DNA of 64,000 nucleotides from a virus (taxonomy: Duplodnaviria > Caudoviricetes), in the IMG/VR virus record IMGVR_UViG_2934336660_000001, positions 1 through 64,000 of that record; one strand, 5' to 3'. Of the stretch, positions 9,030-19,158 are shown piece by piece. Within the stretch, counting starts at the first letter, position 1, and every line of letters begins with the position of its first letter. The translations under genes and the position numbers were made by a program. The notes under the pieces were generated by a model. The model saw nothing but the letters and a program-made list of their open reading frames with translations. It was not told the origin of the DNA and did not search any database.

Positions 9030-9950
9030 TCAGGCGTCAACCAGATGGGCGGCGGCACGTACTCGGTCGTCCCGGTCCGGCGCGAACAGGTCGTACACGG
9101 TCACCGGTAGGCCGAACGTCACCTCGGCCAGCGTGTCCGGCGCCAGCCGCGCCCACGGGCGATCCCGGCGAAGTCCGTCCATCGCCGTCTGCCACTGCTC
9201 GGCCCGAGGCAGGTCGTACCACTGATCAGGCGACAATTCATGTCCGGCGATCTCCGGGTTGGGGAACTGGTCGCACACCGAATACGACAGCACCACCGGT
9301 TCGTCATCCCGGGATCGCAGCAGTCCGGTTACCTGCCCCCAGCCCTGATCGGACCACTGGTCCTTGGGTCCGTCCGGGGTGTTTGAGTACCACAGGCCAC
9401 GCCGGTACAACCCGGCCGTCAACCCCTGATCGATGATGTCGGCCAGCCACGCACGGTCTGGGCCTTCCACCCAGCAGTGCGACTCGCACCAGCCGTCGAC
9501 CTTCGCCGCCACCCGCACCGCATCCGAGCCGGCAACGAGGGCGGTATTCAGGTCCACGTTGGTTGTGTGCAGCTCGACATCGGCCACCACCATCCGCAGG
9601 CCGTCGACCCGCAGCGCCACCCGCACGGCGTTGATGAGCCGCTGCTGAGGTTCATGGCTGGTCGGCCCTGCCAGGGGTTGTCCGGGCTGCCACCCTGCGT
9701 ACACCCGCTTGTTGGCCTGTTCCTGCGCTTCGGCGTCTCGAAGGTAGGTGTGCAGGTAGTTCGCGCCGTAGAGGCCATCCGGCACCTCCGAAACGAGGGC
9801 GAGAATGTCGCGCACCCGGTCAATGCCCTGCTGCGGGTCGAGACCCCAGGCTGTTTCGGCAGGGCCGCGGGCGAGACTTCGCAGCCATGCGCGTTCACTG
9901 CCGCGCAGCTCGGCGTCGCCAGAGGGGGAGTGGAAGTAGACACGGCTCAT
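9030..9950 (-). CDS. Hypothetical phage protein (MSRVYFHSPSGDAELRGSE...)
   Basis: 306-aa ORF, GGAGG RBS, ATGA overlap. Confidence 0.75.
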   Translation of the reverse strand: MSRVYFHSPSGDAELRGSERAWLRSLARGPAETAWGLDPQQGIDRVRDILALVSEVPDGLYGANYLHTYLRDAEAQEQANKRVYAGWQPGQPLAGPTSHEPQQRLINAVRVALRVDGLRMVVADVELHTTNVDLNTALVAGSDAVRVAAKVDGWCESHCWVEGPDRAWLADIIDQGLTAGLYRRGLWYSNTPDGPKDQWSDQGWGQVTGLLRSRDDEPVVLSYSVCDQFPNPEIAGHELSPDQWYDLPRAEQWQTAMDGLRRDRPWARLAPDTLAEVTFGLPVTVYDLFAPDRDDRVRAAAHLVDA

Positions 9951-12900
9951 CGGGTGGCCTCCGTCCGGGCGGGGGTGCGGGGAACCAGCAGGAACGTGTG
10001 CCGATCCTCGATGAGTGTCGTGTACCGGCCCGGCGCCGCACACATGCGCACGGGTGTGCCCGTCTCCCGCCAGCGCCGCAGCACGGTCACGTACTCGTCC
10101 CAGGCATCCGGGGTGGCATCGGGCAGCCACGCGGTGATCGAGGCCGTGCTGACGCGGGAGTTGGGGTCGCCGGGCAGGAACGTCTGCTCGCCGCCGGTGG
10201 TGTCCACGAACCGGCCGAACCCGTCCACCAGGTCGACGGTGAGGCTGCGGGTGTTCGCGTCCACGCCGACGCGGGTGACGGTCAGGCCGTCAACGTCGGC
10301 ATCAAGGTCGAGGTCGCCGGGCATGGCCAGCAGAGCGGCGGCAGGGCTCCGGCTCATCGCGTCGCCTCCTGCCGCTGCTTCACGATCTCATCCACCAGCG
10401 CCGCGATCACCACGCGAGGGTCACCGGGCGGGCAGGTGCACACCTGCGGCAGGCCAGCATCGCAGTGCCCGCACATCTCCATCCACGGGGCAACCTCGGC
10501 CAAGTCCAGGGGCAGCGACGCCGTCGGCTGGTCGGCGGTGATGGCGAAGTAGGCGACCCGCAGCCGCTCGCGCACCACATCCCCGTCGGAGACGACGCAG
10601 CCCTGCTGGACGCGCCCGTGGGGGATGAGCCGGAGGGCTTGCAGCATCGGCAGGGACAGGTTGCCGCGGATCCGCTCACGCTCGGCGGCAACAGCCTCGG
10701 CCACGTCAATCCGGTCAGCTCTGGTGATGATAGGCCCGCTCACGGTCGCATCTCGATCCGCAGGGCGTCGAACAGCGGAGCCAAGTCGTCCCGGCTCAGA
10801 TGCCCGTACCGGCCGGAACCGGAGCGCAGAACCACTTTGATCAGCAGTTCCTGGGCGGCGCGACGGGCGTCGTGCAGTTCGCCGAGAAGGCGTTGGCCCA
10901 TGTCGTCGGCGGTGGCGAGCTGGTCACGCCATGAGAAGGCTTCATCGGTCGTGGGATTCCCTTCATCGGTCATGGTCGTCTCCGTTCGTCAGGCGTTGAG
11001 GTCGGCGTAAATCAGCACCACGCGGGCGGCCTGCACCGCGCGGCACGCCGGGCAGCCGGCGAATGCCGAGATCAGCGTGTGCTGGGTGCGGTCGAACGGC
11101 ACCGGTTCGGTCTGGCAGGCAATGACGGCGAGGTTCGTCTGAAAGTCCATGTCGAGAACAAGATGACGGTCAAACACGGTCGTTTCCTTCGGGTCAGCCG
11201 CGCGAAACGGCGGGAGTAAGGTCGGCGATCCGAACGCAGGCGCGGCAGCCCACCGCAACGGTGTCCCGCATGACCACGACCGCGGCCGGACCGCGAACAC
11301 CCAGCACCACACCGCACAAGGCGGCCACTGGTGGCGTTACCGTCCGGCAGTCGCGGCCAAGAAGGGTGGCGAACTGGATGAGAGTGTCAGGGATGTCGGC
11401 GTAGTGGGTGCGCCCGGAGCCGTGCCGGCGCACCTTGACACGAGACACGGCTTTCACCGTCGTCCCTGCGTTCCGTCTTCGCGAACCAGCAACGACGTTT
11501 CGATGCCGTGCCCCACCCGGCCGTCATCCCAGCGAACCGACGCCCGCCAGTACGGGTCGGCGAAGTGGCCGTAACGGTCACAGCCGATCACCGTGCCGAC
11601 GCTGTTGGGGTCGCGCCAGGTGGTGACGCGCTCGCTCAGCTCCGGCTCCCACTCCCGCAGCGGCGGGTGGTCCTGGTCGATGGTCATGGTCATCTCCCCT
11701 CGGGTCGGTTACGCCAGTCGGCAGGGTCGGGGTTGTTCGGCATCTTCGCCAACGTCTGCCCGAGCTGCGCCCACTCCACCGCCTTCGCATGGTGGGTGAC
11801 CCGCAGGGCGGTCACCTCGAAGTCGCGTTGCATCCGGTCGCACACGGTGGACAGGTCGTCGGGGCACGCCCAGGTGGTGGCCACGTCGCCGATGCGGGTG
11901 ATCTGCCACATGGGCTCGCCGTCGCAAACCTCGCAGCGGAACGCGTAGCCGGATCCGGTGGGGGCGGTCATCAACTCACCTCCGTGTGGTGGGTGAGGAA
12001 GTAGTCCAGGTCGGCCACACCAGCGCCGGCAGCACCAACGTCGTACGTGACGTGCGGCTTGCCGTGGATGGTGGTCATGCCGGTGACAGTGAAGATGCGG
12101 CTGTCGTTGCCGGTCCACTGACTGTTGACCTGCGGAAGTGTTGTTGTGTCAGTCATTGGCACTCTCCGTTCACATCCGGGCGAACAGGGCTCGAATGGCC
12201 TGCCCAGGTGGACCCAACGGCCGCTCGTCGCACCTCGCGATCAAGCTCACTTCGTAGTCGTCGGCGACGATCAGCCGGTAGCCCTCCTGCGTCCGAACCG
12301 TGGTGGCGGTGGTCGCCGTTGAGTCGTCGCATCGCATCAGCTCGTATCGCAGCCACGCCGGCATGTTCGGCTCCAACTCAACGTCGTGCGGGCTCACGGC
12401 GCGGACGGTCAAGTTCTGTGTGCCGGTACGGATGCGGTCGCCGGGGTTCAGGTCGGCGGGAAGTTTCGCGGTCATGGGGATCTCCGTTCGTCAGCGGTCA
12501 GGATGTGATCGGGTGAACGGCAACCCACCGGTCATGGGCGGTTCGCACGTCGTCGGCCAACGCCCAACGGTCTGTGTGGAACCGGTACGCCTGCTCGCTG
12601 TGATCGATGCCGAGCAGGGTGACGCAGAGGATCGCCCACAGCTTGTCCAACACCTCCCCGTCGTCCCATCCGTGCTCGGCCGCGGTGACAGTCAGGTGGG
12701 GTTCGCTGGCGATGGCCTGGTCGATGAGGCTGGTGTTGATGGCGACGCCCGTCCAGTCGTACAGGGCGGCCTGGGCGGCTTCGAGTTCGAGGGTGCGGAT
12801 GTCGGTCATGGTCGTTCTCCGTTCGTCAGGATTCGTGTTCGCCGGAACACCACGTGCACGGCGGGTTGGGCGTCGCGTTGCAGCGGCATCCCGGCTCGTA

Positions 12901-13080
12901 CTCAACATCGTCAAGGTCGACGATGACCTTCGGCTTGGGGGCCGGCGGGTTCGCCTTGTAGCGGGCACGACGGCGGGCGTTGCGGGCGTCCTTCGTGGCC
13001 TGCCGCTCGGCGGCACGGTGCGCGGCGATCAACTCACCGAGCTGCTTCGCGGCGGCCCAGAAGTCATCGGCGGTTCGCAT
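9947..13080 (-). other. String of about 11 small hypothetical genes (including 9947-10357, 10354-10743, 10740-10973, 11194-11457, 11454-11693, 12170-12475, 12498-12809, 12826-13080)
   Basis: Head-to-tail overlaps; recurring CTGACGAACGGAGA start-associated motif. Confidence 0.65.
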
Positions 13081-13085
13081 CTCGG

Positions 13086-13727
13086 TCACTTCTCGCCCCT
13101 CGTCCACAGCTTCTGGAACGCGGCCAGCGGGCCCATCTGGAACTCCCCGTCGTCGTTCCGCGCCGCCAAGGTGCAGAACTCGCGCACCTGCTCATGGCGG
13201 ACGATCGCCGTGCCCGCACTGAACTCGCCCGTCACCCACGAGTAAAGGTTCAACCGGATGTAGAAGTTGTTCGCCGCGTCGACCATGCCGACGGGGCAGC
13301 GGTCGTTGTCCAAGCCGACGGCGAGCACGTCACCGGGCCGGACGGGGGTGACGTCCTTGCGGTACTTCTGCCCGGGGGTGCGGCGCTGCTTCGGCTTGCG
13401 GTTCCCAGTCGACTCCGGGGCGAACAGGAGGCTCGATCCGTCGTCGCGGGGCTTCAGGAGGACGCACCGCACCTCCCATGATCCGCCGAGTACGTGAGTG
13501 AGGGCGTCGGCGATGGCCGTCGACTGCGACGCGATGGTGACATGGATGGGCGACTTGAACTCGATGATCGCCTTCCCGTCCGTCGCTGACTGGGGGATCG
13601 CCTCGTGCAGGATCGCGGCGACACGCCGGTTGGTGCGTAGGACGTGGGCGACCACGTCGGGCCATTGGGGGAGCGTCGGGTAGGAGGGGATGGGCGTCGG
13701 GTTGGGAATGAAGTCAGGGTCTGTCAT
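13086..13727 (-). CDS. Protein with an N-terminal DnaX (DNA Pol III tau) C-terminal-domain-like region
   Basis: WPDVVAHVLRTNRRVAAIL...DGKAIIEFKS...IADALTHVLGGSWEVRCV resembles the actinobacterial DnaX C-terminal domain. Confidence 0.55.
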   Translation of the reverse strand: MTDPDFIPNPTPIPSYPTLPQWPDVVAHVLRTNRRVAAILHEAIPQSATDGKAIIEFKSPIHVTIASQSTAIADALTHVLGGSWEVRCVLLKPRDDGSSLLFAPESTGNRKPKQRRTPGQKYRKDVTPVRPGDVLAVGLDNDRCPVGMVDAANNFYIRLNLYSWVTGEFSAGTAIVRHEQVREFCTLAARNDDGEFQMGPLAAFQKLWTRGEK

Positions 13728-13779
13728 GCGGGTTGCCTCCTAGTTCGGGGATCTCGTCAAGGTTTGGTACTCAACCCGT

Positions 13780-14382
13780 TCAGCCCTGCTCGCCGTGCTC
13801 AAAGCGGGCCGAGCGGGCTGCGATATAGGCCGAAAGAACTTCGGGCGGACAAGGGATTTGGCGGTGGTAATGCGTGAGGTTGATGTTGCTCGTAGCGGGA
13901 CCGCTCGCTTCCAGAAGCGTCTGGACCTCTAAAACCTGCGGGCCAGCCACAGGCATCACCCCTACCGACTTCGTGTCGCTACGCAGCAGAAATACGGAAG
14001 GTAGGTACATCGCCAGGCCCCGGATTGAGGCAACTCTCATGTGAACCAAGGTGCTGTGTTGAACCGGCTCGGGGATCGCCCCCAGCACCAGCACTCCGGG
14101 GCTAAGTAGGTTCTCGCTCGGATTCGCTGGCAGTTCGCCGGCAGCTAGGGCAATCCTGGCGCGGTCGCGGTTGTCGGCCTTGCCCTTCACCTCAACCCAT
14201 TGATCGAGGGTCGGCAGGTAGAAGTCGGGTAGGTAGCGGTCGCCATTGGACAGGTTGTAGCCTTCAGTCTCGTACTGCCACCGGATGTCGAGGTGGTCGA
14301 AGAAGACGGCCCAACGAGCCTCTAGGCGGGAGCGGAAGCGACAACCGGCGTACCGGGTTTCGATAGGTTTCGGGTCGGTCAT
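13780..14382 (-). CDS. PD-(D/E)xK-family phage nuclease
   Basis: FRSRLEARWAVFFD...YLPDFYLP...WVEVKG. Confidence 0.8.
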   Translation of the reverse strand: MTDPKPIETRYAGCRFRSRLEARWAVFFDHLDIRWQYETEGYNLSNGDRYLPDFYLPTLDQWVEVKGKADNRDRARIALAAGELPANPSENLLSPGVLVLGAIPEPVQHSTLVHMRVASIRGLAMYLPSVFLLRSDTKSVGVMPVAGPQVLEVQTLLEASGPATSNINLTHYHRQIPCPPEVLSAYIAARSARFEHGEQG

Positions 14383-15509
14383 CGGTTGCTCCAATCGCTG
14401 TAGACACTGTCGTCTTCGGGGTTGCGGTATGCCTGATGGCTGCTGCCGAGATACGCGCCGATCGGCACGTCGTAGCGCTCCTGGTTCTCGTGACTGTTCC
14501 GCAGGATCCTCGGGTTACCCCGCTGGCCGCTCCGGGGCTGCTCGTTGCCCCGGGCGAGCCGGTCTCCACGACACGCCGCGCATCGGCGTGAGGCGTAGGT
14601 GGGGTGGATGCGGCACCGGCCGCGCCCGTTGTTGGTGCAGTCGGGGCAGTCGATGACCTTCGCGCTGTCGCCTTCGTACATGTTGCGGACTTCCACCTTG
14701 CCGCTGTCGTGGCAGGTGACGCAGTCAGGGCTGGTCGTGTCGTCACTGTCGCTGTTGCCGATTGGCCGGGCCAACTCGGTGAGCGCTTCTTGAACGTGGA
14801 AAGCAAGGTGACCTTTGCTGTGCAGGTCGGTCCACCAACCGAGCCCTCGGATGTGGGGGTTCTTGCCCTCGATGAACTCGACGACATCGGCGGCGAGGTG
14901 GGGCGGGCATCCGGCTTCGATGACCATGCGCTGCTGGGGTGCGAGGTTTGGATCTTCTGACGAAGTCGAGCCGTCTCTCTCTCGGTCTTCGTCAGGTGAG
15001 TCGCGCGGAGCAGGAACGGACGTTCGAGCCGGAGAGAGAGAAGTTGATGGTGGTTTTACTGATGGTCCTAATGGTTGCGTTCCACCATCGGAACTACCAG
15101 CACCAGAAGCGGAACTACCAGATGCGATCTTTGGAACTACCGTGGTTCCACCATCGGAACTACGGTCACTAGTTCCACCATCGGAACTACCAGCGGGGAT
15201 CGTGATTCGGTACAGCGTCGGCCGGCGACTCGTCTCCCGGACTACTGTCAGCCAGCCAGCCTCCACCAGTGCAGCCACGGCGGCGCTCACGTTGGCCCGA
15301 CGCCCGATGCCGGCCTTAGCCATGAGCCGGGGATAGGTGAGCCAGGCGAGGTCGGCAGTCGCGGACTTGTCGTCGTTTTTGTCTCGGGCGTGACGGGCAT
15401 ACGTCTCGGCTACGGCCTTTTCCGTCGCACTCAGATCCTCGGACTCCCACACGGCATCGCGGTAGATGTCCCGGACCCAACGCCCGGTCGCCGGTCGGGG
15501 GTCGGTCAC
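14379..15509 (-). CDS. Replication initiator-like protein (N-terminal wHTH, C-terminal Zn fingers)
   Basis: LSATEKAVA...WLTYPRLMAKAGIG...AALVEAGWL wHTH; internal GSSDGGT repeats; CVTC/CPDC/CAAC; start codon uncertain. Confidence 0.7.
   Translation of the reverse strand: MTDPRPATGRWVRDIYRDAVWESEDLSATEKAVAETYARHARDKNDDKSATADLAWLTYPRLMAKAGIGRRANVSAAVAALVEAGWLTVVRETSRRPTLYRITIPAGSSDGGTSDRSSDGGTTVVPKIASGSSASGAGSSDGGTQPLGPSVKPPSTSLSPARTSVPAPRDSPDEDRERDGSTSSEDPNLAPQQRMVIEAGCPPHLAADVVEFIEGKNPHIRGLGWWTDLHSKGHLAFHVQEALTELARPIGNSDSDDTTSPDCVTCHDSGKVEVRNMYEGDSAKVIDCPDCTNNGRGRCRIHPTYASRRCAACRGDRLARGNEQPRSGQRGNPRILRNSHENQERYDVPIGAYLGSSHQAYRNPEDDSVYSDWSNR
15079..15190. repeat. Iteron-like repeats inside rep gene 1 (putative origin)
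   Basis: GTTCCACCATCGGAACTAC at 15079, 15145 and 15172, plus GGAACTAC half-sites at 15111 and 15133. Confidence 0.75.
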
Positions 15510-15513
15510 GGGT

Positions 15514-15762
15514 TCAGGCCGCAGTAACCACGTCGGCCTGTGCGCGCTCCAGCTCATTGAGCAGAGCGGCCCACCTGAGGGCGTGTTCGCCGCGAGGCTT
15601 CGTCCGCCCCTCTTCCCAGCGCCAGATGGTGGATCTGTCGACGCCGATAGCGCTGCCGACGTCAGCGAGGGACAGGCGGGCGGTGAGGCGGATGGCTCGC
15701 CCGGTGCCGTCATTGGCCCGTCGGCGGGCGGTGGCGAGTAGCAGTAGGTGATCGGTGTCCAT
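15514..15762 (-). CDS. Cro-like XRE HTH protein
   Basis: RLSLADVGSAIGVDRSTIWRWEEGRTKP. Confidence 0.8.
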   Translation of the reverse strand: MDTDHLLLLATARRRANDGTGRAIRLTARLSLADVGSAIGVDRSTIWRWEEGRTKPRGEHALRWAALLNELERAQADVVTAA

Positions 15763-15887
15763 GGGTTCATTCTGCCCGAAGAACAACAGGCACGCAACAT
15801 CCCTACTACCTTTCCATCCTCTTGCCTTACGCGTGACGCCTACTTGCCGACCCGTTGACGTGGACACGGAGCGAAATCCCCTACCGT

Positions 15888-16331
15888 ATGGGGGTGACCA
15901 GCCAGCCAGCCACGTTGCCGCCCTCCACCCAGCACCAATGGCCCGACCCCGAAGACGGGCCGTGGCTGGCCACGCTCGCCTGGCAGGTCATCGACGGACG
16001 CCCGGAGTGCACGGGGCTGACCCTCGCCGCCGACGGTCGAATGCTGACCGCGTCGGTGGTGCGCAAGATTCCCGTGGCCGACTGGATTGCCGAAGATCGC
16101 GCCAGGTTGGCGCCGACACAGCCGGCAATCGGTGGACTGCGCGCCTCAACGGTTGAGCGGCTGAAGACAGCCGCCGAGGTGTACCAGCGGGCCAAGAGCG
16201 AAGGCTTGCCGCCCACCAAGGCTGTCGCCGCGCACTACGGCATCTCGCACGGAGGGGCGTCGAACCTCATCTCCCGCGCCCGCTCGGCAGGTCTGCTGCC
16301 ACCAACATCACCGGGAGTGTCGACCGGGTAG
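15888..16331 (+). CDS. DUF6214-like protein with C-terminal HTH, divergent from the Cro-like gene
   Basis: IDGRPECTGL...LTASVVRKIP; PTKAVAAHYGISHGGASNLISRARSAGLL. Confidence 0.6.
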   Translation: MGVTSQPATLPPSTQHQWPDPEDGPWLATLAWQVIDGRPECTGLTLAADGRMLTASVVRKIPVADWIAEDRARLAPTQPAIGGLRASTVERLKTAAEVYQRAKSEGLPPTKAVAAHYGISHGGASNLISRARSAGLLPPTSPGVSTG

Positions 16332-16416
16332 CGGAATCGCCCAAATAGCTGTTACGCAGCGAAGTTGTCCGAGTTGATACCTGTAGCCGCATGGTCAAAG
16401 TCGTAGACTCGCCCGC

Positions 16417-16983
16417 ATGGCCGTACCAGCGAGGGACATCGCCGCAGCCCTCCGGGATCGCCTTCCCGGCATTGGGTCCATGAAGCTGCACAAGCTTCTC
16501 TACTACTGCCAGGGCATCCACCTCGCCCACGTCGGCGAGCCGGCGTTCCCCGAGACGATCTCAGCGTGGGACATGGGGCCGGTCGTCGGATCCCTGTGGA
16601 AGGCCGAAGCCGACGGCACGACCACGCCCGCGACCACGCCCGCCACTGCGGAGCTGGACAACGCGACGCTGGGCACCATCAGCTACGTGATCAGCACCTA
16701 CGGGAACCTGTCCGGCGCGGACCTATCGAAGCTCACCCACCAGGAAACCCCGTGGATCCGCGGTGACGAGGAACGACGCAGACGCGGCGAGCCCAGCGCC
16801 AAAATCCGCACCGAATGGATCGGCGACTACTTCAGCAACCCGGCCCGGGACGAGGACGAAGCCGTCGTGGACGCGGACATGATCCGCAAGTGGCTGTCAG
16901 AGGTGGCGGCGAGCCCTGAGCCTAGGCCGGGGGAGCCTGCAACCAGGGAGAGTTTGGCGGCCTGGGCGCAGCGTGCCGCCTGA
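16417..16983 (+). CDS. Panacea-domain (SocA/DUF4065) antitoxin
   Basis: MKLHKLLYYCQG...ISAWDMGPVV...LSKLTHQETPW; TAGACT -10 at 16404 suggests a leaderless mRNA. Confidence 0.9.
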   Translation: MAVPARDIAAALRDRLPGIGSMKLHKLLYYCQGIHLAHVGEPAFPETISAWDMGPVVGSLWKAEADGTTTPATTPATAELDNATLGTISYVISTYGNLSGADLSKLTHQETPWIRGDEERRRRGEPSAKIRTEWIGDYFSNPARDEDEAVVDADMIRKWLSEVAASPEPRPGEPATRESLAAWAQRAA

Positions 16984-17269
16984 GCCCGAGTGGCAGGTGT
17001 TCGGCTACGACGATTGCCTTGACTTGTGGGCTGCCGTTGAGGACCCGCCTGCCGAGCTGCGCATCCTGGTGGTGAAGTGGCTGATGTCTCGCCTGGAAGA
17101 CCCGCACCGGGGGGTGAAGCGGGTCCGGGACTTCCCGAACTTGTGGTTCGGGAAAGTCGCCGAGTCTGACCACGGGTCGGGCGCTGCGGTGTGGTGCACC
17201 TACGAAATCGACGAAGCCAACCGCAGGGTTCACCTCAGGGCCGTTTCAACGCTCAACAACCCCGTCTAG
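16973..17269 (+). CDS. Putative RelE/ParE-like toxin paired with the Panacea antitoxin
   Basis: 98 aa, overlaps the antitoxin, LEDPHRG...CTYEIDEANRRVHLRAV RelE-like C-terminal strands. Confidence 0.55.
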   Translation: MPPEPEWQVFGYDDCLDLWAAVEDPPAELRILVVKWLMSRLEDPHRGVKRVRDFPNLWFGKVAESDHGSGAAVWCTYEIDEANRRVHLRAVSTLNNPV

Positions 17270-17279
17270 CGGGACGGGG

Positions 17280-18086
17280 TCACGAGAAGCGGACGTACAC
17301 CACTGTCGCGTCGTCAGATCGTTTGTTGCGTGGCCAGCGGACCCCGCTCGGGTCGGATCGTTCAGCGTTACGAACGTGGTCGATGAGGCTGGCCGGCCCA
17401 TACCTGTCCAGCGTGTCGAGCATCCCGGTAGTGGACATGAGCCCGAACGATGCGGCACGCATTGCCCCGTCGGTAACCACAGCCATTCGGGTTACGTCCT
17501 TGCGGGCGAAATCGCCGGTGATGGCATGCCAGGCCGCGCCTGGGTTGGCCTCGGCCACCCAGTACCCCCCGTCCCGGTTTCGGGCCGCCAGTTCGAGTGG
17601 CTTCATCGACAGCAGGGCAGCGGCCTTCTCGGGCGATCCGATCGGATGCCGGTCCGCCTCGGTGCGCTGCTCTCTTGCCGTGTGGCTGACGCGGTCGTCA
17701 GTGACTGACTCGACCTGGCCGCCCACGTCGGCAATTACCGACACGTCGCCGAGCACCAGGTACTCAACGGTGTCGTCACTGATGCGAACGATCCCAGCGG
17801 CGGCCGATGGTGAGCCGGGGTGGGTCAGGTCGCAGGCGGGGTGAAGTGCCGCCACGTCGGCGATGGCTGCGGCAAGCGCGTCCGGCAGGGGCGCATCTTG
17901 GTCGTCGGCGCGGGTGGCAACTGCGGCACCTAGTTTCGTCGCGTACCAGGCCACCCCGTGCACACACCCGGTGTCGGTGCGGGCTGTGGCGCCGTCGAGT
18001 ACCGCGATGACGTGCGGCGTGGTTGACACCCAATCTTCGTTGGGGCGATCGGGGGTGCCGGGTTCGCTGGCGACGACGACGCGCAT
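17280..18086 (-). CDS. Protein phosphatase 2C-like domain protein
   Basis: PNEDW...VLDGAT...LVLGD...VTDG...SDDAT metal-binding motifs. Confidence 0.8.
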   Translation of the reverse strand: MRVVVASEPGTPDRPNEDWVSTTPHVIAVLDGATARTDTGCVHGVAWYATKLGAAVATRADDQDAPLPDALAAAIADVAALHPACDLTHPGSPSAAAGIVRISDDTVEYLVLGDVSVIADVGGQVESVTDDRVSHTAREQRTEADRHPIGSPEKAAALLSMKPLELAARNRDGGYWVAEANPGAAWHAITGDFARKDVTRMAVVTDGAMRAASFGLMSTTGMLDTLDRYGPASLIDHVRNAERSDPSGVRWPRNKRSDDATVVYVRFS

Positions 18087-18958
18087 TAGCCCACGCCTTC
18101 GTGCCGGTGAAGGTCGGTCAGCGGGGTCACTGCGGTGATGGCCTTCGTCTTCGGGTTGTATTGGCTTTCGACGAGCACCGAAAAGCGGCGAGTCTTGCAC
18201 TGCTCCCACAGGTCACCGATGTTGGCTTCAACGTAGCTGGCCGCGCCGTTGGTGCCGGCGGCGTGAATACCGGCGAGGAAGAGGAAGTTGCCCTTGCCGT
18301 CGGGCCGGGGTAGCCGACCGATGTACGCGTAGTCGGAGTGACCGCCCGCGTCGGAGGGAGAGCGGTACTCCTTGCCGTTGGCCCGGTCGATGAGGTAGTT
18401 GCCGTTGTCGTCCTCGGCGAATCCGAAGCGTGGATCTGCTTCAAGTACCTGTCCGACAAAGGGCAGGAGTCGAGGCCCGCACAGCACGATGAGGCCGGGC
18501 CGGTTCAGGTTGACGTGCCCGGGTGGGGCCACTACCTCGATGGGTTCCGTCTTGAGGCCGAGTGAACGCGCTAGTTCGGCGAGCCGTTCGTAGGCGGCGG
18601 TGGCTTCGCCCGAGAGGAGGGTGGATTGTTTTCCGTCGGTGCGGCCGGCTTCGGGTTTGCCGCCGACCGCGATGGTGATGATGGTGCCGCTGCCGAGGAA
18701 TGCCCGTTCGGGACGAGGCCCGGCATTGAGTAGTTGCCCGACGCGGGCGCGGGTCATCCCGAGTTGCTTGCCGATGTCGGTCTGCGACAGGCCGGTCGAC
18801 ATCATTTCTTCGATGGCCCCTCGGCGGACCTGTGCGGCTTCGTTGACGACGGACTGGTGCTCGCCGATGAGCTTGTTGGCGCTCATGGCGCGCACGGCGG
18901 GGTCGGTGATTTGTAGGAGGTCGCGCACCTCCGGGTGTTGAGGCTGGGGGTCGGTCAT
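18086..18958 (-). CDS. HTH (sigma70 region 4-like) regulator with a C-terminal putative sensor domain
   Basis: GLSQTDIGKQLGMTRARVGQL; C-terminal LIVLCGP...DYAYIGRLPRPDG...LAGIHAAGTNGA; TAATG coupling to the PP2C gene. Confidence 0.7.
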   Translation of the reverse strand: MTDPQPQHPEVRDLLQITDPAVRAMSANKLIGEHQSVVNEAAQVRRGAIEEMMSTGLSQTDIGKQLGMTRARVGQLLNAGPRPERAFLGSGTIITIAVGGKPEAGRTDGKQSTLLSGEATAAYERLAELARSLGLKTEPIEVVAPPGHVNLNRPGLIVLCGPRLLPFVGQVLEADPRFGFAEDDNGNYLIDRANGKEYRSPSDAGGHSDYAYIGRLPRPDGKGNFLFLAGIHAAGTNGAASYVEANIGDLWEQCKTRRFSVLVESQYNPKTKAITAVTPLTDLHRHEGVG

Positions 18959-18976
18959 GGTGACAGCGTACTACTT

Positions 18977-19049
18977 CGCAAGCCCCCCTTGCGCTTGGGA
19001 GTGGTGGTAGCTACTGTGACTCTTGTGCCGCTGTAAAGGCCCCCTTGCG
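18977..19049. promoter_or_regulatory. Divergent promoter/operator region
   Basis: CGCAAG-ccccc-CTTGCG palindrome at 18977-18993, second GCCCCCTTGCG at 19039; TTGCGC-17-TACTGT on the + strand. Confidence 0.6.
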
Positions 19050-19158
19050 GGAGTCAAGTAGCGGTAGCGCAGCAAGGTAAGGAAAACCCCTGCACCAGCA
19101 GGTCCGGGAAGACAGCGCTGGTGCAGGGGCCCCACGGACTCCCCGAAAGGGAACCGCT

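Noticed and set aside
15079-15190. CRISPR-like array
   Set aside because: Spacing is irregular and short, the repeats lie in-frame in a rep gene, and no cas genes are present
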